From Ylistrum balloti (Eukaryota), in the NCBI RefSeq assembly GCF_031769215.1, contig NW_026782092.1, positions 558,001 to 622,000 on the forward strand: a stretch of 64,000 bases of DNA, read 5' to 3'. A program made the translations under genes and the position numbers. The notes under the pieces are model-generated. The model searched no databases. It was not told the origin of the DNA and worked only from the letters and a program-made list of their open reading frames with translations. Shown here piece by piece: positions 56,456 to 64,000 of this stretch (the stretch's first letter is position 1; every line of letters starts with the position of its first letter).

Positions 56456-56852
56456 ATATCTACCAGTGAGAACTATGACAATTCTTCCCCCTCCAACTAG
56501 AAGTAACAGTGACGTCACCTTTCCCTCCCTTAGAATACAAAGCTTCTACAGGTGCTTGTGAAACTTGTGTAGTATGGTGAACTTCACTGTAGTTTATAGA
56601 TTGTAAGTGAGGAATGTACAAGCTACAGTCCCCTGTGTGAGATTTATCAGATGGATAAAGGGAAATGTGCTTCTTCTGTCTTCTCTATGGTAAAGCTAAA
56701 AAAGGCGGATGCCGTCAATGATATGTTGTATTTGGTATAGTACCTCTAAACTTTGTCTAATTTTAGTAAAATTTGATAGCTTACAGCAGAAGTTAAACAA
56801 ATTTTAACAAAGTTTAAGAATAACAGGAATATTTATATATATATATGTAAAC

Positions 56853-57028
56853 CTCTAAGGCAGTTTGAATGCGGACTGTTTCGGAGGCATTCTGAGAGCG
56901 GACTGTTTCTGAGATATTCCGAGAGCGAACTGGTTCTTAGACAGTTTGAGAGCGGACTGTTTCTTAGACATTCTGAGAACAGAGTGTTATTGAGATATTC
57001 TGAGAGCGGGCTGATTCTGAGACGGTCT
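56853..57028. repeat. Diverged 27-bp minisatellite, about 6 copies
   Basis: Consensus gcggactgtttctgagacattctgaga, with copies from 56871 at 27-bp spacing and a partial copy before. Confidence 0.85.
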
Positions 57029-57298
57029 TTCGTGCAAGATGTCGGCAACTGACAGACAAACTCACAACATGTCTAGTGTGATATGAAGTTGGATGTGTTT
57101 GATGATCGTTATGTTCCTGGTGGTTCCGTTATTGTTCTCCTTATTCTCATTTGAGAACGCAGCATCGCTCGAATTGACAAAGATTTACATGGTATCTATC
57201 GGCGATGAAACAGAAAACGCTTACCCTTGTAACGATAATAGCAGAACTAATTTTAACAGTAATACACACACAAGAAAATGTATAATATACATCATGCA

Positions 57299-57393
57299 TG
57301 ATTGTCCTTTTAAATATATAATGACTAACAATATTAAAATTATCAGTACACTTCTCTACCGTCGGGCCAGTACTTGACACGCCTTGTGCTTCT
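57299..57393 (-). pseudogene. Relic of an HSP70 3' end (last ~16 codons, stop and start of the 3' flank)
   Basis: tcagtacacttctctaccgtcgggccagtacttgacacgccttgtgcttct matches 58119-58170 apart from a 1-bp deletion and two substitutions. The flank attgtcctttt..aatgacta.caata also matches 58078-58118. Confidence 0.85.
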
Positions 57394-58118
57394 TTATGTT
57401 GCCGTGTTAGTATTTTCTTGGTGTTTATGTTACACACGCATAAGTTCGCTCACAAATATTAAAAAAAATGTTAAAACTACACATTTTCAAGAAGTCAAAT
57501 AAATGCAGAACCTCCTTCATCTCTCGCCTATTAGAAATTGATAACCACCACAGAACAAAAGGTTTTACCGAATCTAATTTAAATAGGTATTGCAATTAGA
57601 TGAAACAGAATCTAAGACGCTCATTGGCTAATTTAGTTGCGAGAGTCCTAGAGATGAAACGCTGGTTGAATGGCCGACTGGTTGATTTCAATGTGTGTGT
57701 ATTTTTTTACACTCTTATTCACACCATGTTACTCCGGCGTTACGCTTCCTATGTTTGTAATAGAATGAGAAGATGGTTTTTAATTTCATATCGAATTGAA
57801 TAGGACTCAGTTGTATAAGAAATTAAATGCAATATAGAAAAACAAGAAAAACCTAATACTTATTTTAACAATTTTATTTAATAACAATATAAAAACGACA
57901 AAAATAACTGCTTAAACAGAGTATGATTCATTCAAACAAGATCTATCAACATTTGTTGACTGTACATCACAATTTAATTGCACATAGAATACCATTAAAA
58001 TTATATCACATATCGTCCTCGTTGTATATGTAAAACACACATATAAAAATCAAATACATGGTATATAATATTCAAGATTGTCCTTTTCAATTTACAATGA
58101 CTAGCAATAGCAAAATGA

Positions 58119-60059
58119 TCAGTACACTTCCTCTACCGTCGGGCCAGTACTTGACCCTCCTTGTGCTTCTCTACCACAACCTCCACTGGGTGCCCCGCCA
58201 TTTGACTGTGGTGAACTCCCGTGAAGTTTCTTCATGATAGGTGAACACAGTTTTTGAAATTCCTTTAGTTTATATTCGTATTCCTCCACGTCCGCCATAG
58301 TGTTACTGTCCAACCACTTCAAATTGTCCTCACATCCCTGACACACAGTGGATTTTTCCTCTGATGAAAGTTTGTCACCAACATTTTCCATCGCCTGTTT
58401 GACACTGAAAATGTAGTTCTCCAGCTGATTTCTGGCAGAAACTCTTTTCCTCTGTTTCTCGTCCTCGTCTTTGTATTTTTCTGCGTCGGCTACCATTTTC
58501 TCAATGTCTTCTTTACTCAAACGTCCCCTGTCGTTTGTGATGGTGATTTTGTTGGATTTCCCAGTACTTTTATCCTCAGCCGACACATTGAGGATTCCAT
58601 TAGCATCGATGTCGAATTGGACCTCGATTTGTGGAACACCTCTGGGTGCAGGTGGGATGCCGTTTAGTTCAAACCTTCCCAGTTGATTATTGTCCTTTGT
58701 CATGACTCGTTCTCCCTCGAACACCTGGATACTGACACCGGGCTGGTTATCAGAATACGTAGTAAACGTTTGAGATGTTTTCGTGGGAATTCTAGTGTTC
58801 CTTTCGATCAGTTTGGTCATCACACCTCCAGCTGTTTCTATTCCGAGGGACAGTGGAGCCACGTCCACCAGAAGGACGTCCTTGATGACGTCACTGCTGT
58901 CGCCGGTAAGAACGGCAGCTTGAACTGCAGCACCATACGCTACAGCTTCGTCAGGATTGATAGATTTGTTGAGCTGTTTTCCGTTCATGAAATCTTCGAG
59001 CATCTTTTGGATCTTTGGTATACGTGTAGATCCGCCAACTAAGACAATCTCGTGGATTTTCGATTTGTCCATCTTAGCATCACGAAGTGCCTTTTCCACA
59101 GGCTCTAGAGTAGCACGGAAAAGATCAGAACACAAGTCCTCAAATCTAGCTCTGGTGAGTTTACTGTAGAAATCGATTCCCTCAAACAGAGAGTCGATTT
59201 CTATACTTGCTTCGCTGCTGCTCGAAAGGGTTCGTTTGGCACTTTCACATGCGGTGCGAAGCCTTCGTAAAGCCCTGCTGTTCTTACTCAAGTCTTTTCC
59301 ATATTTCCGTTTAAACTCCTGTACGAAATGGTTCACAACTCTGTTGTCGAAATCTTCTCCACCTAAATGTGTGTCACCAGCAGTAGCTTTAACCTCGAAT
59401 ATCGATCCTTCGTCGATCGTCAAAATGGACACATCAAATGTTCCTCCTCCCAAATCAAAGATGAGGACATTTTTCTCGTCTTTGAGGTTCTTGTCTAGTC
59501 CATAGGCCAGCGCAGCAGCCGTTGGTTCATTGACAATTCTCAGGACGTTCAGTCCGGCGATGATCCCAGCGTCCTTTGTCGCCTGTCTCTGGGAGTCATT
59601 GAAGTAGGCTGGTACAGTGATCACAGCATCCTTGACCTTTTCACCAAGGAAAGCTTCAGCCGTCTCCTTCATTTTAGTAAGCACCATGGAGCTGATTTCC
59701 TCTGGTGTAAACTGCTTGGTGTCGCATTTGCTGTTCACCTGAATCTTTGGTTTACCGGAGCTATTGACCACCGTAAATGGCCAGTGTTTCATGTCCGACT
59801 GGACATTATGGTCATCGTATTTCCGACCAATTAGACGTTTTGCATCAAAGATAGTGTTCTGTGGGTTCATTGCTACTTGGCCCTTGGCAGCGTCTCCGAT
59901 CAGTCTCTCCGTGTCCGTAAAGGCCACATAACTAGGCGTGGTCCTGCTTCCCTGGTCGTTGGCAATAATCTCCACCTTCCCATGTTGGAATACTCCGACA
60001 CAGGAATATGTTGTGCCGAGGTCAATTCCAATAGCTGGAGATTTACGTGAGCCTGCCAT
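58119..60059 (-). CDS. HSP70: Inducible-type cytosolic HSP70 (HSP70 B2/HSP68-like), intronless, 646 aa, left copy
   Basis: ATG at 60059. Family signatures [37 protein letters not shown]. No introns, HSE plus TATA promoter, C-terminus GPTVEEVY. Confidence 0.97.
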   Translation of the reverse strand: MAGSRKSPAIGIDLGTTYSCVGVFQHGKVEIIANDQGSRTTPSYVAFTDTERLIGDAAKGQVAMNPQNTIFDAKRLIGRKYDDHNVQSDMKHWPFTVVNSSGKPKIQVNSKCDTKQFTPEEISSMVLTKMKETAEAFLGEKVKDAVITVPAYFNDSQRQATKDAGIIAGLNVLRIVNEPTAAALAYGLDKNLKDEKNVLIFDLGGGTFDVSILTIDEGSIFEVKATAGDTHLGGEDFDNRVVNHFVQEFKRKYGKDLSKNSRALRRLRTACESAKRTLSSSSEASIEIDSLFEGIDFYSKLTRARFEDLCSDLFRATLEPVEKALRDAKMDKSKIHEIVLVGGSTRIPKIQKMLEDFMNGKQLNKSINPDEAVAYGAAVQAAVLTGDSSDVIKDVLLVDVAPLSLGIETAGGVMTKLIERNTRIPTKTSQTFTTYSDNQPGVSIQVFEGERVMTKDNNQLGRFELNGIPPAPRGVPQIEVQFDIDANGILNVSAEDKSTGKSNKITITNDRGRLSKEDIEKMVADAEKYKDEDEKQRKRVSARNQLENYIFSVKQAMENVGDKLSSEEKSTVCQGCEDNLKWLDSNTMADVEEYEYKLKEFQKLCSPIMKKLHGSSPQSNGGAPSGGCGREAQGGSSTGPTVEEVY

Positions 60060-60247
60060 ATTCGTCTTCAAATGTCAAATCGAAAGTAGAGTTATTGTTG
60101 TTTAGGTATTGCGTGTCGATCACTCCCTCGCTCGCAAAAGGCTGGATATATATACACACTAGTGTGTATTAAGTCCGCTGTGTGGTTATTCCAAGTAGAA
60201 CTGTCGAACTTCTTTTCTGATTCTGATCACAACTTGTGTGCACCATG

Positions 60248-60338
60248 TTTATATACCCTACTATACTATACTTTCTTGAATGATCTATATAATCGAGAAC
60301 GTTCTAGTGATCCGATTAGTCTAGAAACTTCCCGAATG
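60248..60338 (-). promoter_or_regulatory. TATA box and heat-shock element cluster of the left HSP70
   Basis: TATATAAA on the minus strand at 60255-60248. nGAAn arrays: TTCttGAA (60273-80), GAAcgTTC (60297-304), GAAacTTCccGAA (60324-36). Confidence 0.85.
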
Positions 60339-61100
60339 AATTTAGGTCAGGCTTTTTATGAGGCACCTCAAGGGAGCATACTACATTAAACGTTTCGCAG
60401 AAACATTAAAGTATATTAAAGTAATCTGACAAAATGAAGATATTCTAAACGCAGAAAATTTCAATTCATTGATGATCCGCTGGTGTATATATAATTTTGA
60501 TATGATATTTATTATTTACACTTTTAGAAAAAAATCCGTCGTGTGATCAAAGTTTACGTAAATAAGCTGTTATGAGTTGAGGAAATACAGACAATACAAT
60601 TTCCCATGGTGAGTTAAAACATCGATACTTTTTTCCAATTTCTTTTTTTATCCAAATAATTATTTAATAGCAATATCGAAGCTTATGACTCGGCATTAAT
60701 TTGTTGATAATTGATTTGAAGTTTTCACTCACATATGATCCCAAAAAGCGTTTTAAAACTATTGATTTTTTTTTCTGAAGGAACGAAATGAAATATATAG
60801 AGAGGACATATGTAGAATTTTCCCAAACCTCTAAAGCAGAACAGATCGCAGCGGTGTCACAGATATGAATTTGACGAGGTCCGTATTTCAGACAAAGATA
60901 GTGACCTACTCTAGGTTATGACCGGAACAAAGACATTATTTGACATTATACCACATGAATCCATTACAAATTAAGGAAACCTCACGTAATTTATCTTTTG
61001 ATCATAACTACTGTCTCAAGTGTCAATATTATGATATTATACGATAAACGTGCAGATTTGCATCCTTAGGGCGCCTAATCACAAAGCTAACCTGAATTGA

Positions 61101-61147
61101 CTCGAGAAGTTTCTAGATTAATCGGTCGTTCTAGAACGTTTTCGATT
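61101..61147. promoter_or_regulatory. Extra HSE module in the spacer between the HSP70 genes
   Basis: CTCgaGAAgtTTCtaGAT and TTCtaGAAcgTTTtcGAT, homologous to the promoter HSE block at 61521-61565. Confidence 0.75.
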
Positions 61148-61518
61148 ATTTACAAATGACACATATATCAATTTATTAAATTATTGTTTAATTAATTATT
61201 CTTTGATGAGAACTAAGACGTTAAAAACAGCTTAATGTCCCTTTCATAATTTTAAGCACCAAAATGAACTGGTTGTATGCAGATGTAATATGTCTGACAT
61301 TAATATGTTTATACAAGTATCATATCGAAATATTCATTGACATATACGATGTATATACTAAACATTAATTACGTAAACTAATCTTCGATGAATTGAAATA
61401 TTCTGCGTTTTGAAAAACTTCTTTTTGTCAGATTACTTCAATATACTTTAATATTTCTGCGAAACGTTTAATGTAATATGCCCCATTGAGGTGCCTCATA
61501 ACAAGGCTGACCTAAATT

Positions 61519-61609
61519 CATTCGGGAAGTTTCTAGACTAATCGGATCAATGGAACGCTCTCGATTATCTAGATCATTCAAGAAAGTATACTATAGTAGG
61601 GTATATAAA
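61519..61609 (+). promoter_or_regulatory. Heat-shock element cluster and TATA box of the right HSP70
   Basis: TTCggGAAgtTTC (61521-33), GAAcgCTC (61553-60), TTCaaGAA (61577-84), TATATAAA (61602-09). Confidence 0.85.
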
Positions 61610-61799
61610 CATGGTGCACACAAGCTGTGATCAGAGACAGAAAAGAAGTTCGACAGTTCTACTTGGAATAAACACACAGCGGACTTAATACACGCTAGTG
61701 TGTATATATATCCAGTCTTTAGCGAGCGAGGGAGTGATCGACACGCAATACCTAGACAACAATAACTCTACTTTCGATTTGAGACATTTGAAGACGAAT

Positions 61800-63740
61800 A
61801 TGGCAAGCTCACGTAAATCTCCAGCTATTGGAATTGACCTCGGCACAACATATTCCTGTGTCGGAGTATTCCAACATGGGAAGGTGGAGATTATTGCCAA
61901 CGACCAGGGAAACAGGACCACGCCTAGTTATGTGGCCTTTACGGACACGGAGAGACTGATCGGAGACGCTGCCAAGGGCCAAGTAGCAATGAACCCACAG
62001 AACACTATCTTTGATGCAAAACGTCTAATTGGTCGGAAATACGATGACCATAATGTCCAGTCGGACATGAAACACTGGCCATTTACGGTGGTCAGTAGCT
62101 CCGGTAAACCAACGATTCAGGTGAACAGCAAATGCGACACCAAGCAGTTTACACCAGAGGAAATCAGCTCCATGGTGCTTACTAAAATGAAGGAGACGGC
62201 TGAAGCTTTCCTTGGTGAAAAGGTCAAGGATGCTGTGATCACTGTACCAGCCTACTTCAATGACTCCCAGAGACAGGCGACAAAGGACGCTGGGATCATC
62301 GCCGGACTGAACGTCCTGAGAATTGTCAATGAACCAACGGCTGCTGCGCTGGCCTATGGACTAGACAAGAACCTCAAAGACGAGAAAAATGTCCTCATCT
62401 TTGATTTGGGAGGAGGAACATTTGATGTGTCCATTTTGACGATCGACGAAGGATCGATATTCGAGGTTAAAGCTACTGCTGGTGACACACATTTAGGTGG
62501 AGAAGATTTCGACAACAGAGTTGTGAACCATTTCGTACAGGAGTTTAAACGGAAATATGGAAAAGACTTGAGTAAGAACAGCAGGGCTTTACGAAGGCTT
62601 CGCACCGCATGTGAACGTGCCAAACGAACCCTTTCGAGCAGCAGCGAAGCAAGTATAGAAATCGACTCTCTGTTTGAGGGAATCGATTTCTACAGTAAAC
62701 TCACCAGAGCTAGATTTGAGGACTTGTGTTCTGATCTTTTCCGTGCTACTCTAGAGCCTGTGGAAAAGGCACTTCGTGATGCTAAGATGGACAAATCGAA
62801 AATCCACGAGATTGTCTTAGTTGGCGGATCTACACGTATACCAAAGATCCAAAAGATGCTCGAAGATTTCATGAACGGAAAACAGCTCAACAAATCTATC
62901 AATCCTGACGAAGCTGTAGCGTATGGTGCTGCAGTTCAAGCTGCCGTTCTTACCGGCGACAGCAGTGACGTCATCAAGGACGTCCTTCTGGTGGACGTGG
63001 CTCCACTGTCCCTCGGAATAGAAACAGCTGGAGGTGTGATGACCAAACTGATCGAAAGGAACACTAGAATTCCCACGAAAACATCTCAAACGTTTACTAC
63101 GTATTCTGATAACCAGCCCGGTGTCAGTATCCAGGTGTTCGAGGGAGAACGAGTCATGACAAAGGACAATAATCAACTGGGAAGGTTTGAACTAAACGGC
63201 ATCCCACCTGCACCCAGAGGTGTTCCACAAATCGAGGTCCAATTCGACATCGATGCTAATGGAATCCTCAATGTGTCGGCTGAGGATAAAAGTACTGGGA
63301 AATCCAACAAAATCACCATCACAAACGACAGGGGACGTTTGAGTAAAGAAGACATTGAGAAAATGGTAGCCGACGCAGAAAAATACAAAGACGAGGACGA
63401 GAAACAGAGGAAAAGAGTTTCTGCCAGAAATCAGCTGGAGAACTACATTTTCAGTGTCAAACAGGCGATGGAAAATGTTGGTGACAAACTTTCATCAGAG
63501 GAAAAATCCACTGTGTGTCAGGGATGTGAGGACAATTTGAAGTGGTTGGACAGTAACACTATGGCGGACGTGGAGGAATACGAATATAAACTAAAGGAAT
63601 TTCAAAAACTGTGTTCACCTATCATGACGAAACTTCACGGGAGTTCACCACAGTCAAATGGCGGGGCACCCAGTGGAGGTTGTGGTAGAGAAGCACAAGG
63701 AGGGTCAAGTACTGGCCCGACGGTAGAGGAAGTGTACTGA
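61800..63740 (+). CDS. HSP70: Inducible-type cytosolic HSP70 (HSP70 B2/HSP68-like), intronless, 646 aa, right copy
   Basis: ATG at 61800 (the ORF-track start at 61698 is a GTG in the 5' UTR). Same signatures as the left copy, C-terminus GPTVEEVY. Confidence 0.97.
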   Translation: MASSRKSPAIGIDLGTTYSCVGVFQHGKVEIIANDQGNRTTPSYVAFTDTERLIGDAAKGQVAMNPQNTIFDAKRLIGRKYDDHNVQSDMKHWPFTVVSSSGKPTIQVNSKCDTKQFTPEEISSMVLTKMKETAEAFLGEKVKDAVITVPAYFNDSQRQATKDAGIIAGLNVLRIVNEPTAAALAYGLDKNLKDEKNVLIFDLGGGTFDVSILTIDEGSIFEVKATAGDTHLGGEDFDNRVVNHFVQEFKRKYGKDLSKNSRALRRLRTACERAKRTLSSSSEASIEIDSLFEGIDFYSKLTRARFEDLCSDLFRATLEPVEKALRDAKMDKSKIHEIVLVGGSTRIPKIQKMLEDFMNGKQLNKSINPDEAVAYGAAVQAAVLTGDSSDVIKDVLLVDVAPLSLGIETAGGVMTKLIERNTRIPTKTSQTFTTYSDNQPGVSIQVFEGERVMTKDNNQLGRFELNGIPPAPRGVPQIEVQFDIDANGILNVSAEDKSTGKSNKITITNDRGRLSKEDIEKMVADAEKYKDEDEKQRKRVSARNQLENYIFSVKQAMENVGDKLSSEEKSTVCQGCEDNLKWLDSNTMADVEEYEYKLKEFQKLCSPIMTKLHGSSPQSNGGAPSGGCGREAQGGSSTGPTVEEVY

Positions 63741-64000
63741 TCATTTTGCTATTGCTAGTCATTGTAAATTGAAAAGGACAATCTTGAATATTATATACCA
63801 TGTATTTGATTTTTATGTGTGTTTTACATATACAACGAGGACGATATGTGATAGTTTATAATTTTAATGGTATTCTATGTGCAATTAAATTGTGATGTAC
63901 AGTCAACAAATGTTGATAGATCTTGTTTGAATGAATCATACTCTGTTTAAGCAGTTATTTTTGTCGTTTTTATATTGTTATTAAATAAAATTGTTAAAAT

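Larger units (their letters stand above)
57862..64000. repeat. Large inverted repeat: arms about 57862-60476 and 61381->64000, spacer about 0.9 kb
   Basis: The reverse complement of 63961-64000 matches 57862-57901. Inner homology ends at ttcaattcattgatgat (~60476) and atcttcgatgaattgaa (61381). The right arm probably continues past the window. Confidence 0.95.

Noticed and set aside
57093-57377. Plus-strand ORF with a signal-peptide-like start (MIVMFLVVPLLFSLFSFENAAS)
   Set aside because: It runs into the antisense HSP70 relic, and no downstream exons are identifiable.
58471-59505. Antisense ORFs within HSP70 (mirrored at 62354-63388)
   Set aside because: Shadow frames of a strongly codon-structured gene. 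Antisense ORFs opposite HSP70 are a known by-product, and here they are fragmented.

Overview
AT-rich, intron-containing animal genomic DNA, probably a bivalve such as an oyster (inferred from the HSP70 B2-like sequences and repeat style, not from a search). Left to right: (1) a minus-strand sulfotransferase patch with a GAL3ST-family gene running off the left edge, an intact two-exon CHST11-like (Sulfotransfer_2) gene and a decayed paralogue of it; (2) a complete 22-coding-exon eIF3c gene (938 aa by my splicing) whose intron 7 holds three 132-nt copies of a candidate box H/ACA snoRNA; (3) a complete 16-exon acetoacetyl-CoA synthetase (670 aa); (4) a 132/134-bp minisatellite with 400-bp higher-order structure, a 27-bp minisatellite and a relic HSP70 3' end; (5) a head-to-head inverted pair of intronless heat-inducible HSP70 genes. 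The two HSP70 CDSs differ at only 6 nucleotides, all nonsynonymous. Both end in EEVY rather than the canonical EEVD, and a third TATA-less HSE module sits in the spacer between them. I found no clearly new biological system. The best leads are the snoRNA triplet and the EEVY HSP70 palindrome. All exon boundaries, alignments and RNA folds were done by eye.
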